Of a stretch of DNA of 64,000 nucleotides, positions 1-11,569 are shown piece after piece. A program made the position numbers and the translations under genes. The stretch is from Malacoraja senta (taxonomy: Eukaryota): NCBI GenBank assembly GCA_038087875.1, contig CM075989.1, positions 15,998,001 through 16,062,000 of the forward strand, written 5' to 3'. Below the pieces are notes generated by a model. The model was not told where the DNA came from, ran no database searches, and was given only the letters and a program-made list of their open reading frames with translations. Positions within the stretch are counted from its first letter, which is position 1, and every line of letters starts with the position of its first letter.

Positions 1-471
1 CTACCAAGCAGATGGAGGCAAGCAGCCAACTGCACCAGCTCAGAATTCTGTAAGCCTACATTGAAAACAGTGAAATTGAGCTGAATGGCCATCGGGGAGA
101 GATGCCAGCAAGTTTACTGGGGATTTCATTCAGTCCTCATCAGAAGAAGTGGTATGGACCCTGGGTTTCTGCTGCCTTGCTTTAGCTCTGTAAACCTTTC
201 CAGGATCTCATCACTGCTATTGCAGCTACTCCTGGTGTAGTCTTTGTATATGAGAGCCAAGTGCTGCCATTTCATACCTAGGAACTATCTACTGATGTGT
301 GCTTCGCCCCTGTGAGGATCAGTGAAGGCTGGCTTATAGAGGATAACAATATCCTAAGAGCTTTTACAGATAGACACAGACTATCACACGCACATTGTCA
401 CGCTCAACTCTACATGAGCAAGTGGAAGCATTTCCTGTTGAGCTCTCCCCTGGGAGCTCAAAAAACAACAA

Positions 472-1215
472 GCAAACTGTTGGAGGAACTCAGCGGGCCG
501 GGCAGAATCAGTGGAGGAAAAGGAATAGACAACACTTCGGGTTGATACCCTGCTTCAGGAATGAGAGGTGAGGAGGGAAGCTAGCCAGTATATAGAAGGG
601 GGAGGGGGGAAGAGACAGGGGCCAGTAGGTGATAGGTGGAACTAGAGGGGGTGAAGGGTGAAGGGGAAGATGGAACAAGTGGAGGGGGGGGGCAAGTGGA
701 GTTGAGAGACAGAGGAAGGATGGTGATAGATGGAAGCAGACAGGGGGGAATAAATGGCAAATGGAACCTGGTGGGAGGGAGGGGAGGATGAGGGTGAAGA
801 AAACTGCTGGAAGGTGATAGTCAGGAACAAAAAAGGCTGCAGTGCTGGAGTCTGAGAGGTAATGGGAAACATTAAGGAAGAGATGAAGGGCAGTTGAAAC
901 CAGATGGGGAAGTGGGAGTGTGAAACGTGTGGGTAGTAAGTTGATGAAACTAGCAGGGGTAGGGTGACAAAATGGCTGATGGAGAGGGAGGAAGGGAAAG
1001 TAATTGACAGGGAACACAACTGGGAGGACCAAAGGTGGATTGGAAGGAGAGAGAGAGGGGGGGAACACAGGAGATACCTGGAATTGGGAAATTCAGTGTT
1101 CATGCTATTGGGGTGCAGACACCCCAGTTGGAATGCTGTGGTCATAGATGCTGCCTGACCCCCTGAGTTCCTCCAGCAGTTTGGGGTTTTTTTGCATCTA
1201 ATTCCAGCGGTATCT
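472..1215 (-). mobile_element. Penelope-like element 3' remnant with inverted terminal copy
   Basis: Minus-strand peptide FQLGCLHPNSMNTEFPNSRY (GIY-YIG C-terminus), degenerate hammerhead motif near 530-560, inverted copy of the gatgctgcctgacc..gagttcctccagca segment at 1144-1185. Confidence 0.7.
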
Positions 1216-1975
1216 TGTGTCTCAAAAAAGAATCAATGTGCTCTCGGTCACAATGTAATCTTGACCCATATTCCTGCTGTCAAAGGAGACAAATTTGCCA
1301 GCTCTTCTGTAACATGGGGAGTACGAGCCCATTCTTTGAACACTATCTGTGGCTCCACAAAATGATCTGATACCATGAAAGGTGGATGCAATGGCTACAG
1401 TTACAGCTAGAGAGAGTCGTTCAGGTCGATAAGTGTGGCTACAAATCTTCATCTGACAGGTTGGCCTCTCAGATAGTTGAACTGCATTTTTATTATACGT
1501 GCCATCAGAATACGGTTCTGATTGGAACTGTCTGTACATTATACGTGAAGAGGTTAGAGTCAGCTCCAGATCCCCCTTCCTGCCCTGTGCTGTCATATTC
1601 TTCCTCTCTCTAATGGCTTTTCGAGGTATACCCATACATAGAGCTTTGCAGCCTCCCTGGGGAATTAGAGGACTCCTAAATACATATGGACTCCTTGCAA
1701 ACATCTGTTGTTGGCCGTGACATGTCCAGTCTCCTCTTCTCACCGAAACGTCACCTATCCATTTTCGCCAGTGATGCTGTCTGACCCGCTGAGTTACTCC
1801 AGTATTTTGTGTCTATAACCCAGCATCAGTAGTTCCTTGTTGTTACATTTCCACTGGTCTTCAATACATTGGGGTAGAAATACACCTCTGGACAACTTTG
1901 CTAAACTTGAGTTATATTTCCATTTTACGCCTCCTCCTCCTCCAATTTTCAACATATTTCTGTCCATTTAATGGT

Positions 1976-2290
1976 TGGCACATTGGCACAGCGATAGAGT
2001 TGTAGCCTTACAATGACAGAGACCAGGGTTCGATCCTGACTACAGGTGCTTGTCTGTATGGAGGTTGTACGTTCTCCCTGTGACTGTGTGGGTTTCCTCT
2101 GGGTGCTCCGGTTTCCTCCCACATTCCAAAGGCATACAGGTTTGTAGGTTAATTGGCTTCTGTAAATTGCCCCTAGTGTGCAGCATAAAACTGGTGTATG
2201 GGGATCACTGGCCGGCACGGACTCAATGGGCCGAAGGGCCTGTTCTGCACTGTATTGTGATTCTGGGCCGAAAGGCCTGTATTCTGCACT
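1976..2290 (+). mobile_element. HE1-like V-SINE
   Basis: tRNA-like head with B box ggttcgatcc, V-domain gttctccc..gggtttcctcgggtgctccggtttcctcccaca, CR1-type tail ggccgaagggcctgtt. Confidence 0.85.
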
Positions 2291-2421
2291 ACACTGTAAA
2301 TCACTTATTTTCAGTTGACAGTGCCATTTACAATCACGAACCTACTGAATTATAAATTAGGAAGTTGTGAGGTCATGTTATAGGTATATAAGGCATTGGT
2401 GAGGCCATATTTAGAGTATTA

Positions 2422-2635
2422 CTCGACTAAGTGGGACCCGTTGGGTCCCAGTTTCACACGGGAGGGCTGGTCCCCCAATGCAATACCAATTCCAATATTG
2501 CTGGCCAGTGGGGGGGGGGGGGGGCTTTCTGGAGCACTCGCATGGTGTTGTGGGCCAAGGGACTGGTTTCCAGGGGGCTAGTATGGACATTGTGGGCCAA
2601 ATGGATTCTTGGGCTGGCAGCTCAGTCACTGAGAC

Positions 2636-2667
<32 letters not shown>

Positions 2668-3670
2668 CACACACAAATATACTCACACACATTCACTCAC
2701 AATCATACACACACACACACACACACATACACTCACAAACACATACACACACACACTCACGCTCACAAACACACACACACATACACTCACACACACACAC
2801 ATACACTCACACACACACACTGTACATACACACACTCACACACAAATACACTCACAAACACACACACACACACACACGCACACACACACACATACACTCA
2901 CAAACACATACACACACACATATACACTCACAAACACATACACACACACACACACACTCACACACACTCACACACAACACTCACACATCATATATATGGT
3001 AGTCAACTTTCTTGAATACTCACAAGGCTGAGCGCGGCCTCTCCACTTTGGGGCTTCCGCAGTCAGCGGAACTTCCGCAATCAGCGTGACCTCTGCACTC
3101 ACCGGAAATTACGCAATCAGCGCAACCTGTCCACTAAGCGGAAGTCACAAAATGAGTGGGACTTTTGAACCAAACACAGTCGGACCCAATAAAGCATTTA
3201 TTCCTTCCAAACACAGTCGGATCTAATAAAGCATTGCAGTTTCAAGCACAGGCAGGGCAGCAGGCCAAACAACTCATGGCATTGTCATTAAGGGTTAACA
3301 AATCATTTATTGCAAGTACATTGCAGACTCACAGTTCGGTTGATTCACAGCTTAGAATGAGAGTCGTGGCCTCTCCCTCACGATCTTGCAGAGTGACTGA
3401 GTCACGTCCAGGCATCCGGGGTTTTATCATCCTGCCCCCCCGCCCCCCGGAAGGGGCGTTACGTTCATCGCGGTGATTGACAGGCCAGAGGATCTCAAGG
3501 TTTTTTAAACACTCATAACTTTTTTTTTCATCGTTGGAAAAAATCCTCAGGGCCTGCTCAGCGGAGGAGGACTGTGAGTAAGATGGCCAAAAATCATAGC
3601 GTTAGCGTTTTTTCTAAAATCAATATACATCGCAGACAGGAAGTGGTCAAGATGAGACTTTTAATTATAT
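2422..3670 (-). mobile_element. Non-autonomous Helitron-like element 1
   Basis: Subterminal hairpin tgggaccc-gtt-gggtccca (2432-2450) next to a degenerate CTAG end. Interrupts a CR1 fragment (LVRPYLEY on the left, VQFWS on the right). Confidence 0.6.
2635..2990. repeat. (CA)n-rich degenerate microsatellite
   Basis: About 350 bp of interrupted CA repeats inside Helitron 1. Confidence 0.95.
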
Positions 3671-3671
3671 A

Positions 3672-4171
3672 CTAGACCAAGTGCAGACCCGTTGGGTCTG
3701 GTCCCCAAAAGTGCTTGACACCCCGGGGTGTTGTTCCCGAACGTGCTTCAGACCCCGGGGTGAAAATCTGCTGAAAAAAAGATGGCGTCGTTTTTGGAAA
3801 AATCGGAGAAAATCGGCGAAAAAAAGATGGCGTCGTTTTCGGAGAAAATCGGAGAAAAAAAGATGGCGTCGTTTTCGGAGAAAATCGGAGAGAATAGGAG
3901 AAAATCACATGGGGGTGGGGGTGGGGGGATGGATTTTATTTTAAAAACGTGTACATAAACAGGACCGAATTTAATCAGGAGTTGCTATTCGTAAAGATAA
4001 ATGTCATCTCTTTGGAAATGGTAAAAAATATGGGCCTTTCCGCGCGCCGTGTGGGCCAGGGGCGGTATCAAAGGCGGCGTACAGACGTACAGACGTACAG
4101 ACGTACAGACGTACAGACGTACAGACGTACAGACGGACGGCAGCCAGAGAGTTTTAAAAGTATAATATAGA
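3672..4171 (-). mobile_element. Non-autonomous Helitron-like element 2
   Basis: Minus strand reads A|TC...CTAG|T with hairpin cagaccc-gtt-gggtctg (3684-3700) about 8 nt from the CTAG. Internal tandem repeats: aagatggcgtcgttt-containing unit x3 (about 3773-3900) and (acagacgt)n (about 4080-4135). Confidence 0.75.
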
Positions 4172-4172
4172 T

Positions 4173-4692
4173 ATGTTCAGTTTTGGTCACTATGATGTTG
4201 TCAAACTGGAAAGGGTACAGAGAGAATTTACAAGGATGTGGCCAGGCCTCGAGGGCCATAGCTATAGGGAGAGGTTGATCTGGCTAGGACTTTATTCCTT
4301 GGAGACCAGGAGGATGAGATCCGATCTTATAGAGGTGTACAAAATTATGAGAGGAATAGATCGGGTAAATGCACAGTATTTGGCCCAGATTAGGGAAATC
4401 AAGAACCAGATGACTTTGGTTTAAGGTGAGGGGGAAAGTTGTAATAGAAACTTGAGGGATAACTTTTAACACAAAGGGTGGTGGGTGTATGGAACGAGCT
4501 GTCGGAGGAGGTAGTTGACATAGGTACTATCGCAACATTTAAGAAACATTTGAACAGGTAGGTGGATAGCTTAGGTTTAGAGAAATGTGGGCCAAACACA
4601 GGCAAGTGGGACTGGTGTAGATGGGGCATGTTGGTCGGCGTGGGCATGTTGGGCCAAAGGCCCTGCTTCCATGCTGTATGACTGTATGACTC
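4173..4692 (+). mobile_element. CR1 LINE 3' fragment (continues from about 2360-2420)
   Basis: KLERVQREFTRMWPGLEGHSYRERL..LGLYSLETRRMRSDLIEVYKIMRGIDRV followed by the CR1 3' UTR tail. Confidence 0.85.
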
Positions 4693-5004
4693 TTATGCAC
4701 AAATATATATGAAACAGAATTGTGAAATAGTTCAGTCAGAGCAATGATTGCACGATATGCATCGGGCGGACATTCTTTGCAACCTGGTGTTGCCAAGTAA
4801 CTTAATTCTCATCAAAACAAGGAACTGAAAAAGTGCTGCATCTACATCATCTGGACACCAATGAGAAGTAGGAAAGTCAATTTGTAGAACATTGATCCTC
4901 TCCCTCTCCCCCATCTATCTCCCATCTCCACCCCCCCCCCCCCGCTGAGTATTGTCGATGGACAACGGTAAGGTAACAGTGAAACCGCTGTGTGCTTTGT
5001 ACAG

Positions 5005-5222
5005 ATTGTGGGCACGGCCGCTCTACTCTTCTCCATTTTGGCCATTTTGGACTCCAAGAACGATCGTGTGCCCAAGGGTCTGGAGCCGGTGGTGATTGGT
5101 CTGATCATCATGGTCATCGGCCTATCGATGGGCTACAACTGCGGTGGTCCCATTAACCCAGCGCGTGACCTGGGTCCTCGGCTCTTCACTGCTGTGGCCG
5201 GATGGGGAATTGAGGTTTTCAG
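5005..5222 (+). CDS. aqp9: Aquaglyceroporin (AQP9-like), penultimate coding exon, 218 bp
   Basis: Acceptor tgctttgtacag|ATT and donor AG|gtacgt. Encodes IVGTAALLFSILAILDSKNDRVPKGLEPVVIGLIIMVIGLSMGYNCGGPINPARDLGPRLFTAVAGWGIEVF, with the second NPA box and the aquaglyceroporin NPARD signature. Boundaries match the conserved exon 5 of AQP3/7/9/10. Earlier exons were not found in the window. Confidence 0.93.
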
Positions 5223-6129
5223 GTACGTGACAGCGAACAATTTCAGCCCAATAGCAGCATTATGCCTAAAATAACACATTTAATTTGATTGGCCTCCTCA
5301 ATCGTGATTAAATACCGTAAAATGTACCAAAAAATCTTTATGGTTCTCATTATAATTGTTGGCAGGGTTGCATTTAGCATGTGGATGTATTTTAATTACA
5401 AATAACCTATTTAAAGAGGACGATGTAAGTGAATAGTGTACGAAACAAACGCTTTGGTTTTTTTCTTTGAGCTTTCTAATTTTTTCTGTGTTAAACCATG
5501 CATTCAGTCGATACTTCCTGTGACCTTGATTTTGATGTGATGTTGTGGTCAAGTATGTAGAAGGGGACAGTTTGAACTAAAATCCCCAAACTACTGAAGG
5601 TTTATATGTCAGGGTGCTTGACACAAGCCTATTCCTAAAAGGCTCATAATCCAACTGGGTGAGTCGCCCCAACAAAACGTTTCCCTCTGGCCTGCTTGGT
5701 GGTGTATCAACCCTGTAGCTGATGATGTTTTTCATTTAGAAGCAAATCAAAATCACCGCATAGTTCATTTGAATCCTGGCAAATGATAAAGGCTTTCAGA
5801 GATCGCCCTAGCTATTGTCTAGGGAGCTTCCCACTTTGATTCTACTTTGCACGGTAATTGGAAGTACAAGACTGCAAGACCAGATCTGATAAGCCACTGG
5901 CGCACATTGTGCTCTGACCTGAGGACTTTAGCTACGTTTTCCACCCAACCCAACAAATCCAGTCTCGTGGCTCAGTACAATAATCCCCGCGGGATATATT
6001 TTCCACTGCTTTTCATGTTAATTCAAATTTAAAATGCTATATAAACCTAGCCACTCTGACTTAATAAAAACGGTTGTTTTTCCCCTTTAGGTAGACAACT
6101 GAGCTAAATGACAGTGATATAACCCGCTC

Positions 6130-6450
6130 CACATAGAGTCATTAGAGTGGTACAGCACAGAAACAGGCCACTGACCTTCTACCACCATTTACACTAATCC
6201 TACACATATCATATTTTGTATTCTCCCCCCTTCCTCCTCAACCCCCCCCCCCCCCCTGGATGCTACCATTCACACAACACCCAATTAACCTACCAATCCG
6301 CACATCTTTGGGATGTGGGAGGAAACCGGGGTACACGGAGGAAACCCACACGGTCACAGGGAGAACGTGCAAACCCCACGCGAACAGCACCCGAGGTCAG
6401 GATCAAACCCGGGTCACTCCACTCCACGAGCTCTGTCACTGTACCGCCCC
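6130..6450 (-). mobile_element. HE1-like V-SINE, diverged
   Basis: Reverse-complement V-domain tgtgggaggaaaccgg..gaaacccacacggtcacagggagaacgtgcaaac. Confidence 0.8.
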
Positions 6451-7864
6451 TGAAGTATAAACTTCAGAACCAAACTTTGTCAGGTGCCGACACCAAACCA
6501 CACACTTCTGCCAGTCGTTCACCAGCCTTGACGCTCCAAATCCTGATCTCAGAAACTGACTTTTGACGCAAAATATGAGATTCCACTAGTAAAACTGGAA
6601 AACAGATAAATTCATGACACTCATCAAAGAAGGGATGAGAGCGAGTCATTAATTATACATTTAGTACAGAGTATGTTATTGACTGAAGGATACCAGATGG
6701 TGCCATCTGACTGCGTTGGCACCAGCCTCCAGCAAAAGCCTTACCCGCCAGAGCCGAATGAGTGATGGGTATCAAGAACTGCTCTGTAGCCATAACTGAC
6801 AGAAGCCCAGTTCTTTGGGTTGTTTGACCTGGCAGCACAAGCTCTGATTATGTCTATTCTTCAGTACTTGATGTGCTGCTAGATTAAAGAGAAAGCGTTC
6901 ATGCCAGCCTGTACTGAGTGCATGATAGAATGATGCAGAATGTACTGTGACAAGTCTGCGGACTCTCAGGGGAAGCCAGGACACTTACTTGTGTCCTAAC
7001 CACATTGTCTGGCAGTGCAGATGATGTGCTCTCATTAATACATCTCTATGTATGGCCATTCTACAGATTACTATCATGAAAATGTTACTGTGGTGAACTG
7101 CAAACATGGTGCATGCACTGTACAATTTGTATTTTCACCGCAAAATGTTGTTTCTATAAAAAGAATAATAAATCTGGTCACTAATGTTATTGTCGAGTGA
7201 AACACGAATGCACTGCAGATGCACCACTCTCAGAGAAGTCATATTTTGAATGAGACCGTAAGCAAAGACTCCTGTGTTCTTTTTTGGCGAACATGAAAAT
7301 GGCATGACATGACTAAAGGAAGCACGGTGCTTCAGGGACGGGCCCAGTGGCAGAGCTAATGGAGCTGCTACCTCACAGCGCCAAAGACCCAGGTTCGATC
7401 CTGACCTTGGGTGTTGTTTATTTTGCAATAAAGGTCAAAGTAGCTTTAAAACTGTTACACCCTTAATACATAGTCATCCGAGCAGACTTTGAAACACTCC
7501 TGGAAGGACCAAGGAATTTGGACGTTTGCACAGAGAGTTTATGGTCGTGGAGGTTCCTCCTGCAAAAGTTATTGATAGAACTCACATACATAACCTAAAA
7601 CATATGAGCAATAAAGTTACTGATGAGCTGTGACATTGTGTACCTTGCTTCCTGTTTATGTCACATTTCTAGCTAAATTAGTGAGCTATTTTAATGTTGA
7701 GAAACCTCTTCTGATGTTGAGCAGAAAGCTTTGTGATAATGCTGAGACTATGGAAATCTAACGTGTGTAGAATATTACAGACTCTGACCTCAAAGAATTT
7801 AACGCTGTTGTTGCTGAGTTTCTGTTCTTCTCTCTAAATTACTAAAGGGCGTTGCTTTGAGTCA

Positions 7865-8150
7865 AAGACTAGAGGGTATAGCATTAAGGTGAAAGGTGCA
7901 AAGTGTAAAAGAGATGTGTGGGCAGGTTTTTACACAGAGGGTGGTGGATGCCTCGAACACGTTGCCAGGGCTGGTGGTGGAAGCAGATGCGATAGTGGCA
8001 TTTAAGAGGCTTATGGTTAGCCATATGGACAGGCAGGGCATGGAGGAGTATGGGTCCTGTGCAGGCAGATGAAATGAGTTGAGTTTGGCATCAGGTTTGG
8101 CACAGACATTGTGGGGCAAAGGGACTGTTCCTTTTCTAAGTTCTATCTTA
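7865..8150 (+). mobile_element. CR1 LINE 3' end fragment
   Basis: actagaggg..tttttacacagagggtggtg..gcatttaagagg..gggcaaagggactgttc, a typical CR1 3' end. Confidence 0.7.
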
Positions 8151-8524
8151 AATGATCAAAAATAAGAAATTGCAGCCTGTAATGAAAACAAGTTTATAAA
8201 CAAGTTCGAGAAGCTACAGCAGGGGGATTAGTCCAGGTCAGGAATATTAGTTGTCTGGATGTATCGTCTTTTAGCATAAGCAAGGTCTGGACACTGGGAA
8301 GAAAGGTTTTACTGGGCTGGAGACGGAGACTCGTGGTCAGCAGAAATGATACTTATAAAGAGGTTGTTATGTGTAGATTCTTCCAACACTTTCTAACGTT
8401 TTATAAATTTTACTTAAAAGCAATTTTATAAGAATACTTATGACATGATTTAATTTGTACTAGTGTTGTAGAAGAACAAGTGTGTTCTTTAATAAGTTTG
8501 CATCCAATACAGGTCCACAGATTA

Positions 8525-8815
8525 GTTTAGAGATACAGTGTGGAAAGAGGCCCTTGGGTCCACTGAGTCCGCACCAACCAGCCATCACCCGTACACTAGA
8601 TCTATCCTACACACTAGGGATCATTTACAAAGTCCCATTAACCTACATTCTCTTGGAATGTGGGAGGAAACTGGAGCATCCAGAGGAAACCCACACGGTC
8701 ACAGGAGGAAGAACAAATTTACAAACTACGTATAGACATCAACCATAGTCAGGATCAAACCCGGGTCTCTGGCGCTGTAAGGCAGCAACACTACCTCTGC
8801 ACCACTCTGCCGCCA
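8525..8815 (-). mobile_element. HE1-like V-SINE
   Basis: Same SINE consensus in reverse orientation. Confidence 0.85.
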
Positions 8816-9556
8816 CAAAGATGAGAGAGAATAAATTACCTTAATATTATTGCATAATATTTATCAAGAATATTCTTCTGAAATAAAAATTGAAATTCTG
8901 CAAATTATTCAGCAGGTTAGGCATCTTATGAGAGTAATAGAGTTGACATGTCTATCAATGAGGAACATCCCTGAACCCAATACGTGTTGAAGTGAATTGT
9001 GAATAGAGTCGGTTGGATTCTAGTAGGCTGGGACATTGGGCGATATTGGCATTGCACTGAGTTAGTAACTCGTTAACTCTTCGCAGGGTGTGGATTTGCT
9101 AAGAGGGTCTGGAGAAAGATGCAGGGGTCCTTGTCACTGTTCATCCCGAGCAGCAGAGTAACAAAAACTCTGATTTACGGGCTATTCCCAGGGACACATT
9201 CGGGGATGTCCCTAAGGAAATGTTGCCATTCCAGACTGCTGAGGACGCACTGGCAGCCTACGTGAAGGCTCTGTGGTGGAGGACCACAATCTTGGGACCT
9301 ACTGCTGTTGAACATTGAGAGGCAGAGTCCACTGGGGGCACTCATCAAACGAGGGAAGGGATATCACCTCAAGGGACCACATGAATGGTAGTGGTGTTTA
9401 AGAGTAACGGAAGGGGGAGGTGCTAATACTACAGAGTATACACATGAGCAACATTGAATGTAGAATGTATTAAGAGTTTTGCACATTTTTAACATATTTT
9501 TTTATTGTGAATGAAATGTAATTTTGATACTTAACAAAAACATTGCCTTTTCACAG

Positions 9557-9758
9557 AGCTGGTAATGGCTGGTGGTGGGTCCCTGTCATTGCGCCTTTCA
9601 TCGGGGGAGTTCTGGGCACTGCCATTTATGTTCTGTTCATTGAACTACACCACAAAGAGACGGTCTTGGAGGAGGCCAGGTGCGTTAAAGAACAGCAGGC
9701 GGAGGGGAAAACAAAATATGAGATGATTGATATACAAATAACGCAGAATATCAAATGA
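9557..9758 (+). CDS. aqp9: Aquaglyceroporin (AQP9-like), last coding exon
   Basis: Acceptor ccttttcacag|A completes the phase-2 codon AG+A (Arg). Encodes AGNGWWWVPVIAPFIGGVLGTAIYVLFIELHH...KTKYEMIDIQITQNIK*. FRAGN, YVL.IE.HH and KYE(M/L) resemble the AQP9 C-terminus. Confidence 0.9.
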
Positions 9759-10530
9759 AGAGCCAAATACCAGAGTTGAATTCTGGGCCTGTGAAGAAAA
9801 TATAAATTAATTACAAAGGTTTTTTTTAATTATTATTCTCCTGACAAATGAGCTATAGGATGATGGTTATAATTTTATTGATAAGGGATTGTTAACAATT
9901 ATGCAAACTAAATGCAAATAATTTTATATTGTGCAATTGAGAGGTTGTTTAATGTCTATATATAGAATTATGTGCAATATCTAATTTATTTTACAAGTGG
10001 GTAACTCATGATTAACAAAAGTCCTGAATAAGGTTGGAGCATACTTGCTGTGTGCAGGACTTTAGAACTCATTGATCTTAACAAGCTTAATTAGCTGCTT
10101 TGGAAGAGGAGACGGTGCATTACGTGACCTTGGTCTGTGTACTCTGCTAATGTCACCCATACACATTTACTTATATATTTCAGTATACAGCTTGCACTTA
10201 GCCTGATGTCACAGGGATGATTAACATTATTCGGGAAGTCACACCACCACACAAAGAGGTGACGTGTCAATTGCGTTACTAATGAGTGTGTAACACGAAG
10301 GTACTTAAGGAAATACCATGTATTATAAAGATGAATTTACATTTGTCTTGCGTGTTAATGGAGTCTTTTAATTCATTTTGCAAATTTCACTTAAACACAT
10401 ATATTGGCCATTTTTTATGTCCACAAGCCAATGCCAAAATGTTTCTTCAGACTTACTCCACAGAATAATCAAAATATTCAGTTCAATGTGTTTTATATCA
10501 AAAAATAAAACTTGAAATCATTGCAGGTTT
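9759..10530 (+). other. aqp9: Probable aqp9 3' UTR with polyadenylation signal
   Basis: AT-rich, repeat-free sequence after the stop codon. AATAAA at 10504-10509 is followed by T/GT-rich sequence. Confidence 0.55.
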
Positions 10531-10769
10531 CCACATAGGCATGCTTTTTGTTGCATTAACGTATGAGAAATCAAGTGTAATTGTTATTGTCTGTTGTACA
10601 AATTAGCAGGGAGATGGGGAAAATCATAGATGCATTACTGCCCAGGCTCTGTAACCTGCAGATTTACCCACGCAGCAGATGCCATAACTGGACAATGCAC
10701 GAGTGTGACACATGCAGCCGTGGGTGACTGCATATAAACAGTTCTGAACAATCCAACGTCACCAAACAT

Positions 10770-10969
10770 ATAGAAGATAGACACAAAGTGCTGGAGTAAC
10801 AGCGGGTTAGGCAGCATCTCTGGAGAGAAAAATCCAATCTGAAAAAGGGTCCCAACCTGAAACATCACCCATCTATTTTCTCCAGAGTTGCTGCCTGCCC
10901 CACTGAGTTACTCCAGCACGTTGTGTCTACCTTTAGTACAAACCAGCATCGGTATTTCATTGTTTCTCC
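10770..10969 (+). mobile_element. Hairpin-type Penelope-derived insertion
   Basis: Inverted arms enclose a degenerate hammerhead motif. 10-bp TSD CACCAAACAT at 10760-10769 and 10970-10979. Confidence 0.75.
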
Positions 10970-11569
10970 CACCAAACATGTCTTGTTTGTAGAACTTCCC
11001 AAGCACAAAATCGCAGCGTGGCTACCTGCAGCAAGACTCAGTTGTTATTTCTGTTTAGGTTTTACTGACCAGGTGAAAGGGAGAGTGTGGGAGGGAGGGG
11101 AGAACACTGTTGCATGGGACAGAGAAGAGCTTTACCACCAATGCCAGGAGCAACATGTGGGCTTCTCGCTCACTGTCCCAAATCCCCCACAACGAGCAGT
11201 CTTGCATCTCAGCCCATCCTTGGACCTGCCCCACATCCCCATCACCGGATCCTCGTCTGCATCCTCCGACCCTCGCCTCACCTCTGCCTACATCTGACTT
11301 CCTGCAGCCATCAGCCTAGAGCCCGCTGCCCCCACTCCCTTCCCCAACACAATCTCTCCTCCATCGGCAACTGTTCCTGCCGGGGCATAATGTAAAAGCC
11401 AAATTATCAGACAGATTGGATCTCAAGGTGGGACCTCTATTGAAAATAATGCAGCACACACTATGTCAGAAATCCACAAGGAAACGCACACCTCCAGGTT
11501 ACCTCATCAGAACAGTCATGAAAATCGAGCCCCAGCATCTTCAGTCACACTGCATTCATTCAGCACTGA

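Noticed and set aside
508..1145. Pro/Leu/Ser-rich minus-strand ORFs
   Set aside because: Pyrimidine-rich 3' region of a Penelope-like element. Only a short GIY-YIG tail is real coding remnant.
2431..3015. His/Thr-rich ORFs of 194 and 174 aa
   Set aside because: Translation of a (CA)n microsatellite.
1..5004. Search for the preceding aquaglyceroporin exon (IFATYP motif)
   Set aside because: Not found by eye. Presumably upstream of the window.
5005..9758. Alternative identity as AQP3, AQP7 or AQP10
   Set aside because: The C-terminal IELHH...KYEM pattern and the downstream LIPC-like exon favour AQP9. A phylogeny of the full protein is still needed.
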